Origin: Candidatus Arthromitus sp. SFB-rat-Yit
GTDB lineage: Bacteria; Bacillota; Clostridia; Clostridiales; Clostridiaceae
Direction of reading: 5' to 3'
NCBI RefSeq assembly: GCF_000283555.1
Contig: NC_016012.1
Coordinates: 1,320,001-1,352,000, forward strand
DNA length: 32,000 bases
Shown here: positions 8,005-18,648 of the stretch, piece after piece
Position numbering within the stretch: position 1 is the stretch's first letter
Layout: each line of letters begins with the position of its first letter
Notes under the pieces: model-generated
What the model was told of the DNA's origin: nothing
The model's database searches: none
The model's input: the letters and a program-made list of their open reading frames with translations, nothing else
Position numbers and translations under genes: made by a program

Positions 8005-9777
8005 CTAACAAACTAAATCTTTATACTTATAGTACTTATTTTTAAGTATTTCTATAGACTTTCTAAAAAAATCCTCCTCGCTTATATCAATATTAAATAT
8101 TTTTCCTAATTCCTCTAAATTATTCTTTCCAGACTTACTAAGCAATTTTTCATACTTTTCATGAAAAGTTTCCTTATTATTTAAATAACAATCATAAATA
8201 CCGATTGAAAAAAGTAATCCAAAAGCATATGGATAATTATAAAAATTATACTTAAAATCATAATAATGAGATTTATAAATCCACGCTTCTTTAAAATACT
8301 CATCATTCATAGAATCACCATAAGCTTCTTTTTGAGCATTTAACATAATCTGATTTAAATTATCTGGAGTTAAAAACTCATTTTCACATCTTTGAAATAC
8401 TTCCTTCTCAAATAAAAATCTACTATATATATCAACAATTACTTGAGTTGCACTATTTAACTCATACTCTAAAATAATGATTTTCTCTTCTTCATCTACA
8501 AAATTAAACGCTTTATCACAAATTAAAGTTTCAAAAAAAATAGAAGCAGTTTCTGCAATTGTCATAGGATAATTCGTATTTAATATTCTCTCATTTTTAA
8601 TCAACTCTCCATGATAAGCATGACCAAGTTCATGTGCAAGTGTAAATATAGAGTCATATGAATTATTGAAATTCATTAAAATCCTGCTTTCTTTTATTGG
8701 AATTATGTTATAACAAAATGCTCCTCCAACTTTCCCCTCATATATATTAGAATCTATCCAATTATTATCAAAAGCATTCTTTACAAAATCCCCAACCTTA
8801 GTTGAAAAATCATAAAAATTTCCAATCAAAAAATCTTTTGCATATAAAAAATCTACCTTATTTTTAGATTCGCGTGTTTGAGCAAACAAATCACTATAAT
8901 AAATCTTATTTTGTTTATCTCCCATAATCTTTCCCTTAAGTTTCAAAAATTCTCTAAATAAAGGTAAACTTTCTTTCATAACGCTCATTAAAGATTCAAA
9001 AGTTTTTTCAGAAATTCTGTTATCTTTTAGAGTTTTACTTAATGGAGAGTCATATTTCCTTTTTTTGTTATCATAAATAACACTCTTTTTAATGTTATTT
9101 AGTGCAAAAGAGATTGGATCTTCCATATACTTGTACAATTTTTTCTCCGCTTCTAACGCTTTGAATCTCAAATCCCTATTTGAACTTTCAAGCATACTTC
9201 TACATTCTGTAAGTGGAATCTCTTTAACCCCATTACCAATATCCAACTCAACTTTATACTTTGATATCAAAGTATCTTGAAGTGCAGAGTAAGACATTGC
9301 TCCATAATTTAAAAGAGATGCCATACTCTCCTCAACTTCATCTGATAATAAATGCTTTGAATTATAAATAAGTTCTTCTATTAAAAACGAGTATTCATTC
9401 AAAATATAACTTTTATGTAATATAGATAAAATATCTTCACAACTTGATACTATTTTGATTATTATCAGTTCTATTGACACAACTTCAACATAAATATCTT
9501 TCAATATGCAATCATTGTCCATAGCATCTTTATCATTAGAATCACAAGCCATATTCAAAAATATAAAGGATGATAATCTCATAAATAGCGAATAAATATT
9601 CTCGTATTCTAGAAATACATTCTCTAAAATTTTTAAAATTTCATCCTCTTTTGTATATTTAAGCGTAATACCTTTAAATCTATTAAAACTTTTAATACTA
9701 TCTTTAAGTAATAACAAATCACTCTTAAATTTTTCCGAAGAAAAACCTTCATATATGTTATCTAAATTCCACTTCAT
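8005..9777 (-). CDS. Oligoendopeptidase F-family metallopeptidase (M3), second paralog
   Basis: 590 aa; TLAHELGHAYHGELI zinc motif; M3/PepF domain pattern. Confidence 0.9.
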   Translation of the reverse strand: MKWNLDNIYEGFSSEKFKSDLLLLKDSIKSFNRFKGITLKYTKEDEILKILENVFLEYENIYSLFMRLSSFIFLNMACDSNDKDAMDNDCILKDIYVEVVSIELIIIKIVSSCEDILSILHKSYILNEYSFLIEELIYNSKHLLSDEVEESMASLLNYGAMSYSALQDTLISKYKVELDIGNGVKEIPLTECRSMLESSNRDLRFKALEAEKKLYKYMEDPISFALNNIKKSVIYDNKKRKYDSPLSKTLKDNRISEKTFESLMSVMKESLPLFREFLKLKGKIMGDKQNKIYYSDLFAQTRESKNKVDFLYAKDFLIGNFYDFSTKVGDFVKNAFDNNWIDSNIYEGKVGGAFCYNIIPIKESRILMNFNNSYDSIFTLAHELGHAYHGELIKNERILNTNYPMTIAETASIFFETLICDKAFNFVDEEEKIIILEYELNSATQVIVDIYSRFLFEKEVFQRCENEFLTPDNLNQIMLNAQKEAYGDSMNDEYFKEAWIYKSHYYDFKYNFYNYPYAFGLLFSIGIYDCYLNNKETFHEKYEKLLSKSGKNNLEELGKIFNIDISEEDFFRKSIEILKNKYYKYKDLVC

Positions 9778-9788
9778 AAAATTTTCTC

Positions 9789-10823
9789 CTACTTTTCATT
9801 ATAATTAATTACATACTTAATAATCATATTAATACTCCCATCACCATTTTTATTTACCTCAAATCTATTTATATCATAAAAAGAATCCTTATTAATATAA
9901 AGATCTATATCTCTATCTATCTTCAATCGTATTCTATCATATTTTTTCGATACATAATCTTTATCAATTTGAACTTCACCATATATTCCATTATCCTCTG
10001 TAAAACTAACAAAATTTTCAATATTATCCTTATCATTATCAAAAATCTCTCTAGCCAAAGAATTTATATTTAAATTATCTTCATTTAATATTTTCTCTCT
10101 AATTAATTCTCTTATTTCAAACGCCTTATTTGCATCATCTTTTATATTTTTACGCGTCCACTTCTCTGCAACAGAAATTAACTCTTTAGTCTTTGAGAGA
10201 GTTGAATGCATTTTCTCACAATTTAAAAATTTCTCCTCAAAATACGTTTGGCTTTTTGTGTTTACAAACTTCTTATCTAAAAACAATAAATTAAAATCCC
10301 CTTCATAATTTTTCAAAAATATACACGCCCTATTTACTCTTTGAGATGTGCTTGGAAGAGTAATATATTGAGGGACTATGTCTATCTTCATTTTATCATT
10401 ATTATAATCAATCTTGTGTATATAATTTTTAACATAATCAAATTTTATCATACACAAAGCATCACCAAACTCAGTTCTAAGTTTTAAAAATAAAAGGTCG
10501 CAAGAAACCTCTTCATCCTCTTTTATTAAAATATCAAAAAATATTTTTGAAATATTCCCTGATACTTCAATAAGGCTCATATCCCCTTTTAAGAACTTAT
10601 AAACGTTTTGTATAAATTCAGGTTCTTTATAAAATTTACCTAAATTAAGTTCATCATCTTTCAAAATCTTTTCTACATGTTTAGTTAAAAATAATTTTAT
10701 CTCTTCATTTGATAAATTTAAATAATCTTCATTTAAAATAGGATAATCACAATTCATATCAAGAACATGTATTATACCTTCTTCTATATTAAATTCTTTA
10801 ATTTTCAAATTCTTATCCTCCAA
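9789..10823 (-). CDS. NdpA/YejK-like 37-kDa nucleoid-associated protein
   Basis: 344 aa; EEGIIHVLDMNCDYPILNEDYLNL N-terminus and the SVAEKWTRKN...KAFEIRELIREKI pattern resembling the clostridial nucleoid-associated protein family. Confidence 0.65.
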   Translation of the reverse strand: MEDKNLKIKEFNIEEGIIHVLDMNCDYPILNEDYLNLSNEEIKLFLTKHVEKILKDDELNLGKFYKEPEFIQNVYKFLKGDMSLIEVSGNISKIFFDILIKEDEEVSCDLLFLKLRTEFGDALCMIKFDYVKNYIHKIDYNNDKMKIDIVPQYITLPSTSQRVNRACIFLKNYEGDFNLLFLDKKFVNTKSQTYFEEKFLNCEKMHSTLSKTKELISVAEKWTRKNIKDDANKAFEIRELIREKILNEDNLNINSLAREIFDNDKDNIENFVSFTEDNGIYGEVQIDKDYVSKKYDRIRLKIDRDIDLYINKDSFYDINRFEVNKNGDGSINMIIKYVINYNEK

Positions 10824-10905
10824 GATTAAAACGCTAAATCAATTTCAAATCATTTTATAACAAAACTTTTTCAAATTAAAGAACGCCTAAAAAATAATAC
10901 AAAAA

Positions 10906-10934
10906 ACAAAAAAAGAGCCGATAAACATACGACT
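10906..10934 (-). terminator. Rho-independent terminator after lacI-family gene
   Basis: GAGTCG-TATGTTTAT-CGGCTC followed by TTTTTTT on the minus strand. Confidence 0.75.
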
Positions 10935-10937
10935 CAT

Positions 10938-11921
10938 TTAAATTTTTGTTGATTCTCTTTTTAATACATCGCACTTTATTTGCATTTTACTTATGTTATT
11001 CCCATTTATTATATTTTTAAGTGAAAAATAAGCCTTAACCCCAAGCTCAAACTTATCATAATTAACGGTCGATAACGACGGATTCAAATAATTAAAGATA
11101 AAATTATTATCAAATCCTATTATAGAAATATCTTCAGGCACTCTATAACCTTTATTAATTAAAATATTCAAAATTCTATATGCTGTAAAGTCATTATCCG
11201 CACATATTGCATTAGTATGAACACTATCAACAAATTTTAATATTTGTAAATCAAAATCTTCACTAGAAACATTTAAAACATTATCGGGATTATAATTTAT
11301 TCCAAAAGATGTTAAAGCTGCTATATAACCTACAAGTTTATCTTGATAAACGTAATCATTTCCCTTAATGCTAACAAAACTAATTTTTTCATGTCCCATA
11401 TCAACAAAACATTTAACAACTTTACTCATAGCATCTATCATATCAATACCAACATATCCTATGTTTTGTTTATCAATATTTACATAACTATTTACTATGA
11501 CGATTGGATAGGATAATTTAAGTATGGATCTTCTCATGGAGTCAGAAATATTATTTAATAATAAAAGTGCACCCGATAAATTATTAGATCTTATTATAGA
11601 ATCTATACATATCTTTTTAACTTCACTTTTCAAATATATTATCGATGTACTGTTACCATCTTTAATACATTCACTATTAAATCCCTGTATTATATCGTAA
11701 TTTAAAATCTTTTTATATTCATCACAATTTTGATCAACGATAATACCCAATTTTAAATTAAGTTTATTGGAAATATTTTTCTTTATATATCCAAGCTCAT
11801 TTGCAACTTCGATAACCTTTTCTCTAGTTTTTTGACTTATATCCGTCCCACCATTTAAGGCTTTAGAAACAGAACTTATAGATATTCCCAAACTATCCGA
11901 TATATCCTTAATCGTTACCAT
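10938..11921 (-). CDS. LacI-family transcriptional regulator
   Basis: 327 aa; MVTIKDISDSLGISISSVSKALNGGTDISQKTREKVIEVANELGY HTH, followed by a periplasmic-binding-like domain. Confidence 0.93.
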   Translation of the reverse strand: MVTIKDISDSLGISISSVSKALNGGTDISQKTREKVIEVANELGYIKKNISNKLNLKLGIIVDQNCDEYKKILNYDIIQGFNSECIKDGNSTSIIYLKSEVKKICIDSIIRSNNLSGALLLLNNISDSMRRSILKLSYPIVIVNSYVNIDKQNIGYVGIDMIDAMSKVVKCFVDMGHEKISFVSIKGNDYVYQDKLVGYIAALTSFGINYNPDNVLNVSSEDFDLQILKFVDSVHTNAICADNDFTAYRILNILINKGYRVPEDISIIGFDNNFIFNYLNPSLSTVNYDKFELGVKAYFSLKNIINGNNISKMQIKCDVLKRESTKI

Positions 11922-12039
11922 ATTCTCACTCCTTAAAATAAATTTTCAACATATCTTAAAGATTTTTTCGTAAACCATCCTAAATTCTTTATAAATTTTA
12001 CAAAAAATAACTGATTTCTATTAACGAACTTATTCAATA

Positions 12040-12069
12040 TTGACAACATAAAAAATTTTTTTATATACT
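12040..12069 (+). promoter_or_regulatory. SigmaA-type promoter for leuS
   Basis: TTGACA (12040-12045), 18-bp spacer, TATACT (12064-12069), about 60 bp before the leuS start. Confidence 0.65.
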
Positions 12070-12128
12070 TAGCTTAATTTAAAAGTTAACTACGTTATAG
12101 AAAATTTTAATTTAAAGGATGATATAAA

Positions 12129-14591
12129 ATGAATACAGGCTACTCCGTCAAAATAGATAAGGATTCCCAAAAATTTTGGGAGGATCAAGAAATTTCTAAA
12201 TTCGATTTGAACAATGAAAAAGAAAAGCTATATGTTCTTGAAATGTTTTCATACCCATCAGGAAGTAATCTACACGCTGGACATTGGTTTAATTTTGGAC
12301 TTGTAGACTCATACGCACGATATAAAAAAATGAGTGGATTTAATGTATTTCAACCAATGGGATTCGATGCTTTTGGACTTCCTGCAGAAAACTATGCAAT
12401 AAAAACAGGAATACACCCTAAAGATTCCACAATGAAAAACATCGATACTATGAGATTACAGCTCAAAAAAATGGGAGCTTTATTTAATTTTGAAAATGAA
12501 GTAGTTACATGTACACCTGATTACTACAAATGGACTCAATGGATATTTTTGAAATTATATGAAAACAATTTAGCTTATAGAGAAAACGCTCCTGTTAATT
12601 TCTGCCCTTCTTGCAATACGGTTCTTGCAAATGAACAGGTTATAGATAATTGTTGCGAGCGATGCTCAACTGAAATTGAAAAGAAAAACTTAACTCAATG
12701 GTTCTTTAAAATAACAAATTATGCTGATGAACTAGTTAATAAATTGGATTCATTAGACTGGCCTGATAAAACAAAATCTATGCAAAAAAATTGGATTGGA
12801 AGATCGTTTGGAACTATAGTTAATTTCTCTATCGATAATTCTAACAAAAATTTTAATGTATTCACAACGAGAGTAGATACTCTCATGGGTGTTTCTTACG
12901 TTGTTCTAGCTCCTGAACATAATCTAGTTTTGGAAATAACTACAAAAGACAATCTTAATAAAGTTAAAAATTACATAGAAGAATCATCTAAACAATCAGA
13001 AATAGATAGATTATCTTCATCCAGAGAAAAGACAGGAGTTTTCACTGGATCTTATGCGATTCATCCGATAACAAATAAAAAAATCCCTATTTGGATTTCA
13101 AATTACGTTATATCAACTTATGGAACTGGAGCTGTAATGGCAGTTCCTGCACATGATGAAAGAGATTTTGAATTTGCAACCAAATTTAATCTTCCTATAA
13201 ATAAAGTTATAACAAATAACAAGGAAGATGAGCTTCCTATGACGAAAAAAGGTGTATTAATAAATTCTCTTCAATTCAATTCATTGTCATCAGATGAAGC
13301 TAAAGATAAAATCACTAAATATTTAGAAAGTATAGGAAAAGGAAGTTTTAAAACTACATTTAGACTTCGTGATTGGCTAATATCTAGACAGAGATATTGG
13401 GGAGCTCCTATACCTATAGTACACTGTGATGACTGCGGAATTGTACCAGTTCCATACACATCACTTCCTGTAGAACTTCCTTACAATATTAAATTTAATG
13501 CAAATGGTAAATCTCCACTTGAAGAGTGTTCTGAATTCAAGGAAACAACTTGTCCAAAATGCAATAAAAAAGCTAAGAGAGAAACAGACACACTAGATAC
13601 ATTTGTATGTTCATCATGGTATTATTTAAGATACGTAGATCCTAAAAATAATGATGCCCCATTTGATAGTAATAAAGTAAACAAAATGCTTCCTGTCGAT
13701 AAATATGTCGGTGGACCTGAACACGCTTGCATGCATCTTTTATACGCAAGATTTATAACAAAAGCTCTACGTGATATGGGATATTTAAATTTTGATGAAC
13801 CTTTCACATCTCTAACTCATCAAGGGTTAATACTTGGACCTGATGGATTTAAAATGAGTAAATCTAGGGGAAATACAATTTCTCCAGATAAATACATAGA
13901 AGAATATGGATCAGATGTATTTAGAGTGTATTTAATGTTTGCATTTACATACACAGAAGGAGGAGCTTGGAGTGACGACGGTATAAAATCTATTTGTAAA
14001 TTTATAAATCGAAGTGAGAGGCTCATAAATAAATCATTAGATATATTAAGAAATAAAAATTTCATTTTTGATTATGATAAAGAGGCTCATGAAGAACTCC
14101 TATTTGCTCTAAATACTTCAATTAAAATGATAACATCCGATATAGAACAACTTCAATTCAATACTTGTATTGCTCATTTTATGAAGTTAACAAACCAATT
14201 TTCAAAATATTTAAACACAAACAAGATAACTTACGATGTTTTAAAAGATTTATTATTAAATTATTTAAAAATATTTGCACCATTTGCTCCTCATTTCTCT
14301 GAATATTATTTTGGAATAGTTAAAGAATTAGATAATGAAGCTAAAACTTCTGTTTTCCTTGAAGAATATCCTAAAGCAGATGAAAAGTATTTAACTCGAG
14401 ATCAAGTAGAAATTGCTATTCAAATTAATGGAAAAATTAAAACAAAAATATATGTGGATACAAACTCTAGTGAGGAAGAAATCAAAAATATTTCTTTATC
14501 AAACAACGATATAATAAATAACATAACTGGAAAAACTATAGTTAAAGTTATCGTTATTCAAAATAGACTTGTAAATATCGTTGTAAAATGA
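12129..14591 (+). CDS. leuS: Leucyl-tRNA synthetase
   Basis: 820 aa; [18 protein letters not shown] (HIGH-type), [13 protein letters not shown] (KMSKS), editing domain, [11 protein letters not shown]. Confidence 0.98.
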   Translation: MNTGYSVKIDKDSQKFWEDQEISKFDLNNEKEKLYVLEMFSYPSGSNLHAGHWFNFGLVDSYARYKKMSGFNVFQPMGFDAFGLPAENYAIKTGIHPKDSTMKNIDTMRLQLKKMGALFNFENEVVTCTPDYYKWTQWIFLKLYENNLAYRENAPVNFCPSCNTVLANEQVIDNCCERCSTEIEKKNLTQWFFKITNYADELVNKLDSLDWPDKTKSMQKNWIGRSFGTIVNFSIDNSNKNFNVFTTRVDTLMGVSYVVLAPEHNLVLEITTKDNLNKVKNYIEESSKQSEIDRLSSSREKTGVFTGSYAIHPITNKKIPIWISNYVISTYGTGAVMAVPAHDERDFEFATKFNLPINKVITNNKEDELPMTKKGVLINSLQFNSLSSDEAKDKITKYLESIGKGSFKTTFRLRDWLISRQRYWGAPIPIVHCDDCGIVPVPYTSLPVELPYNIKFNANGKSPLEECSEFKETTCPKCNKKAKRETDTLDTFVCSSWYYLRYVDPKNNDAPFDSNKVNKMLPVDKYVGGPEHACMHLLYARFITKALRDMGYLNFDEPFTSLTHQGLILGPDGFKMSKSRGNTISPDKYIEEYGSDVFRVYLMFAFTYTEGGAWSDDGIKSICKFINRSERLINKSLDILRNKNFIFDYDKEAHEELLFALNTSIKMITSDIEQLQFNTCIAHFMKLTNQFSKYLNTNKITYDVLKDLLLNYLKIFAPFAPHFSEYYFGIVKELDNEAKTSVFLEEYPKADEKYLTRDQVEIAIQINGKIKTKIYVDTNSSEEEIKNISLSNNDIINNITGKTIVKVIVIQNRLVNIVVK

Positions 14592-14640
14592 TAAAAAATA
14601 TTATAAAATTTTTATGTATAAGATACCAAGGAGGTAAAAT

Positions 14641-14967
14641 ATGAATTTTGTAACTATAAGTAATGAAACTTTAACTGAGTTTAAAAAATTACTTTCAGAC
14701 AATGATATAAATTCAAAAATTATAAGAATAAATCTAGCAGGTATGGGATGTGGAGGTCCAACATTCAATATCGTTATAGATGAACAAAAAGAAAGTGATA
14801 TATCCTGTACAATTGATGATATAACATTTATTGTATCTGATGATCTACATGAAAAATTTGGAGATTTTATAATAGAAGGAACTGCTGAAAATAATAAAGG
14901 ATTAATTTTAAGACCTGTTAATAAACCTAGCGGTGGAGGGTGTGGAAGCTGCGGAGGCGGATGCTAA
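14641..14967 (+). CDS. HesB/IscA-related protein, Cys form of the HesB-like (seleno)protein family
   Basis: 108 aa; LAGMGCGGPTFNIV...; Gly/Cys tail SGGGCGSCGGGC; SD AAGGAGG before ATG. Confidence 0.8.
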   Translation: MNFVTISNETLTEFKKLLSDNDINSKIIRINLAGMGCGGPTFNIVIDEQKESDISCTIDDITFIVSDDLHEKFGDFIIEGTAENNKGLILRPVNKPSGGGCGSCGGGC

Positions 14968-14978
14968 AATAAATAATA

Positions 14979-15018
14979 AAAAATGCTTAGATTTATAAAT
15001 ATTAATCTAAGCATTTTT
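14979..15018 (+). terminator. Rho-independent terminator
   Basis: aaaaatgcttagatt-tataaatatt-aatctaagcattttt, perfect 15-bp stem. Confidence 0.88.
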
Positions 15019-15160
15019 ATATATAACCCTATTTCCTTACTTATATTCAAAATTCTAATCCCATTATATATCTTGTAAAATAAATAAAAATAATATAAAA
15101 TATACAGATAGACTAATTTTTTAAATATTCATAAAATTTTTCTACGAAAGTAGGCATTTA

Positions 15161-18100
15161 ATGAAAAAGATCGATATAGGAAAAATAACTGAGTTTTCCA
15201 ATTTTAATAATGGAAATGACGGTATTACTCTTTATAAAAAAAATAAATTGAATATGCAATATTACGAATTTACTAAAGATGGTGTACATGTTGGTTTTGA
15301 TGTCCCATCTATGCGAAACATAACATATACAACCAGAATATATATAGTCAATAATACTGTACTAAATGAATTTTATTGTTCCTGTACATATAGAAATACA
15401 AAAAATGATGTTTGTAAACACATTGTAGCTAGTTATATATTTTTCCTAAATGAATTAAAGGATAATATTAAACCTACTTTGATATATGATTTTTCACAAT
15501 TAGATAAACTAACTACTTTAAATGAAAAAGATATCTTAAATAATGCAGATACAGATTACTTTAAAGTAGATTATTTTTTATATCTAAATGATATAGATAA
15601 TATTTTACTTGAAATTAAGCTTATATCAAATAAAACATATTCTATATCGAATATATCCGAATTTTTAAATTCTATATTATCATCATCACCATACCCAATA
15701 AACAAAAATACATCACTAAACATATCAATTAATAGTTTCAATGAAAAAGATAGAGCTTTTCTATCTAAATTATTAACTATATACTCTCTTATAAAAATTA
15801 ATGCTATAATTGTGGACAATATATTTTTCAATCAATATATAAAATTAAACTATTATTTATTTGAAAATTTAGTTGATTCTTTGGATGAAAATAATTTACA
15901 TATAAAATTTAAACATACATTATTCGACTGTTGCAAGATAATCAAAGATGATTTAGATATATCTCCCATTATTTCAACAGATAATAATAACAATATCACG
16001 TTATCTTTAAAAACATTAAATATTATTGAATTATTTAGTGGAAAACATTATTTCTATCATGATGGATCAATATTTAACACTTCTTCATCGTTTATAAAAA
16101 CCTATAATTGCATAAAGAAGTTAGTGCTTGATAACAACACATCTTATTTTACAATAAATGATGACAATAAAAATGTTTTCCTTAATCAAATCATACCTAA
16201 GCTATCTTTAAATTTTAATTTAAAAATTTCCGAAAGTTTAAGCAACATAATAAGTATTGAAGAATGTAAATGTAAATTCTACATAGATAAAGTTTCAAAC
16301 GATATAGTCATAATAAAAGTTGTGTTTAGATATGGAAATTTAGATATAAATCCACTAGATATAAATTCTTTAAATATATCTATCTTAAGAGATTATGGTG
16401 TTGAAAATAAAGTATTAACTTCACTAAACAAATTAACTGAATACAAAAACTCAATTTATTACGTAATAAAATCTCCCGATAAAATAATTGATTTTAAAGA
16501 AAATGGAATCTCAATACTTAAAAATTTAGGGGAAGTTTATTACACGAAAAAATTCAAACAATACAAACTAATTCATTCATCTTCTTATAAAACTTCATTT
16601 AGTATAGGATTAAATAATTTATTAAATATATCATTTTCATTTGATGGAATAACAAATGAAGAATTATATTCAGCTATTAAAAACATAAGAAAAGGTTCGA
16701 AATATCTTAAACTAAAAGATAAAGGTATTTTAAATTTGGATAATGATTATTTAAAAGAAATAAATTCAATTCTTAAAGATTTGAATATCGATGAGAAGGA
16801 ACTCAAAAATGATTCACTTAATATTGATAAATATTATGCATTCTATATAAACGATGCATATTCTAATAATTTTAAATCAATAGGTGAATTGAATAAAAGT
16901 GAAAATTTTTTAAAAATAACAGACGATCTTTCTAACATTTCTAACATTGATTTATCTCCCCCAAAAAATTTAAACGCTTCTCTTAGAAATTATCAGTTAG
17001 AAGGATTTAAATGGATAAAGACATTAAAAGAATATAATTTATCAGGAATTTTAGCAGATGAAATGGGACTTGGTAAAACTCTTCAAACTATCGCATTTCT
17101 TCAAAAAGAATATGAAAATAATTCACTTGGTAATGCAATAATAATTTGTCCAAAATCACTTATATATAACTGGTTTGATGAAATCAAAAAATTTGCACCA
17201 GAACTTAAAGTTCTTATATTTAATGGAAATAAAAATATTCGATCAAAGCTTTTAGATGAGTTTCAAAATTACGATATAATATTAACTTCTTACGGTATAA
17301 TTCAAAAAGATATAGATGTACTAAAATTAAAGAATTTTAACATTTGCATAATTGATGAAGCCCAAAATATAAAGAATAAATCCTCTAAAAATACAATTTC
17401 TTTAAAAGAACTTAATGTAAATTATAAATTTGCATTAACAGGTACTCCTATAGAAAATTCAATTGAAGAATTGTGGTCAATATTTAACTTTTTGATGCCT
17501 GGATATTTATATTCTTATTCAAAATTTAGATCAATCTATGGAGATCAAGAAAACTATAGTTCATCTAATTTAAACAAAAAAATATCCCCTTTCATATTAA
17601 GAAGACTTAAAAAGAATGTATTAACTGAACTCCCTCCTAAGATTGAAACTAAAATAATGATTGATTTAAATAATGAGCAGAAAAAATTATATTACTCATA
17701 TATAAACAAATTCAAAGAAGAATTTGGATTTGAGAATGAGAATTTAAATGATAAGAATATCAAATTTAAAATGCTAAGTGCATTAACTCGTTTAAGGCAA
17801 ATTTGTTGTGATCCTAAAGTAATATTTGAGGATTACTCTCATGGAAGCTCTAAAATAGACACATTAATGGACATAATAGACGAATATATCAAAAACAATA
17901 AAAAAATTATAATATTTTCAAATTTTACAACTGTACTTAAAATTATTAGAGATAAATTTATCAAAAATAATATAAAGTATACGTACTTGGATGGAAGTGT
18001 TCCATCTAAAGATAGAATTGATATTGTAAATGATTTTAATCAAAATGATTATAATATATTTCTAATTTCCCTTAAAGCTGGAGGATTCGGTTTAAATATA

Positions 18101-18376
18101 ACATCTGCTGAAATTGTAATTCATTTCGATCCTTGGTGGAATAATGCTGTTGAAGATCAAGCTACAGATAGAGCTCATAGAATTGGTCAAAAGAACACAA
18201 TTCATGTTATAAAATTAATAACTAAGGGAACTATTGAAGAGAAAATATTTGAAATACAGGAGAGGAAAAATATACTTATCAACTCTATAATAAAAGACAG
18301 TGAACTTGAATACAGTTCAATCTCCAAAATGTCAGTTGAAGATCTTAAAAATTTATTTACGATCGATACATTATAA
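15161..18376 (+). CDS. SNF2/Rad54-family helicase with N-terminal SWIM zinc finger
   Basis: 1071 aa; SWIM CxCx9CxH (CSCTYRNTKNDVCKH); Walker A DEMGLGKTLQT; DEAQ; VIHFDPWWNNAVEDQATDRAHRIGQ. Confidence 0.95.
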   Translation: MKKIDIGKITEFSNFNNGNDGITLYKKNKLNMQYYEFTKDGVHVGFDVPSMRNITYTTRIYIVNNTVLNEFYCSCTYRNTKNDVCKHIVASYIFFLNELKDNIKPTLIYDFSQLDKLTTLNEKDILNNADTDYFKVDYFLYLNDIDNILLEIKLISNKTYSISNISEFLNSILSSSPYPINKNTSLNISINSFNEKDRAFLSKLLTIYSLIKINAIIVDNIFFNQYIKLNYYLFENLVDSLDENNLHIKFKHTLFDCCKIIKDDLDISPIISTDNNNNITLSLKTLNIIELFSGKHYFYHDGSIFNTSSSFIKTYNCIKKLVLDNNTSYFTINDDNKNVFLNQIIPKLSLNFNLKISESLSNIISIEECKCKFYIDKVSNDIVIIKVVFRYGNLDINPLDINSLNISILRDYGVENKVLTSLNKLTEYKNSIYYVIKSPDKIIDFKENGISILKNLGEVYYTKKFKQYKLIHSSSYKTSFSIGLNNLLNISFSFDGITNEELYSAIKNIRKGSKYLKLKDKGILNLDNDYLKEINSILKDLNIDEKELKNDSLNIDKYYAFYINDAYSNNFKSIGELNKSENFLKITDDLSNISNIDLSPPKNLNASLRNYQLEGFKWIKTLKEYNLSGILADEMGLGKTLQTIAFLQKEYENNSLGNAIIICPKSLIYNWFDEIKKFAPELKVLIFNGNKNIRSKLLDEFQNYDIILTSYGIIQKDIDVLKLKNFNICIIDEAQNIKNKSSKNTISLKELNVNYKFALTGTPIENSIEELWSIFNFLMPGYLYSYSKFRSIYGDQENYSSSNLNKKISPFILRRLKKNVLTELPPKIETKIMIDLNNEQKKLYYSYINKFKEEFGFENENLNDKNIKFKMLSALTRLRQICCDPKVIFEDYSHGSSKIDTLMDIIDEYIKNNKKIIIFSNFTTVLKIIRDKFIKNNIKYTYLDGSVPSKDRIDIVNDFNQNDYNIFLISLKAGGFGLNITSAEIVIHFDPWWNNAVEDQATDRAHRIGQKNTIHVIKLITKGTIEEKIFEIQERKNILINSIIKDSELEYSSISKMSVEDLKNLFTIDTL

Positions 18377-18410
18377 AAACCTGTAGCAAAAATTAATGCT
18401 ACAGGTTTTT
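18375..18410. terminator. Bidirectional Rho-independent terminator
   Basis: aaaaacctgtagca...tgctacaggttttt perfect inverted repeat between convergent genes. Confidence 0.88.
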
Positions 18411-18413
18411 ATT

Positions 18414-18569
18414 TTAATATACCCTATTTTTCTTTGAAAATTTGGTAAGAGTCAATAATAATCCAGATATTAAAAATATGTTTAATGAAAGTTTACTAAA
18501 AAATAATACAAATAAAGATATAGCAATAATCACACTAAATTTCATCAGGCTATGTAAAATTCGGTTCAT
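18414..18569 (-). CDS. Small hydrophobic membrane protein (51 aa)
   Basis: MNRILHSLMKFSVIIAISLFVLFFSKLSLNIFLISGLLLTLTKFSKKNRVY*; SD GAGGTG before ATG; lies between trpS and its likely terminator. Confidence 0.6.
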   Translation of the reverse strand: MNRILHSLMKFSVIIAISLFVLFFSKLSLNIFLISGLLLTLTKFSKKNRVY

Positions 18570-18648
18570 TTATATTCACCTCATGAAACTAGTCTAAACA
18601 TTAATGATATTATTAAACCTTGTAAATATTGTGAATATATCCTATTTC

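Noticed and set aside
9092-9280. + strand 62-aa ORF
   Set aside because: Antisense to the second pepF-like gene.
11922-12128. T-box riboswitch before leuS
   Set aside because: The 207-bp gap shows a SigmaA promoter about 60 bp from the start and no T-box-specific AGGGUGGNACCGCG-like motif or terminator hairpin.
13271-14065. - strand ORFs within leuS (13271..13459, 13622..13807, 13820..14065)
   Set aside because: Fully antisense to conserved leuS coding sequence.
15571-15831. - strand 86-aa ORF
   Set aside because: Antisense to the SNF2 helicase gene; no SD.
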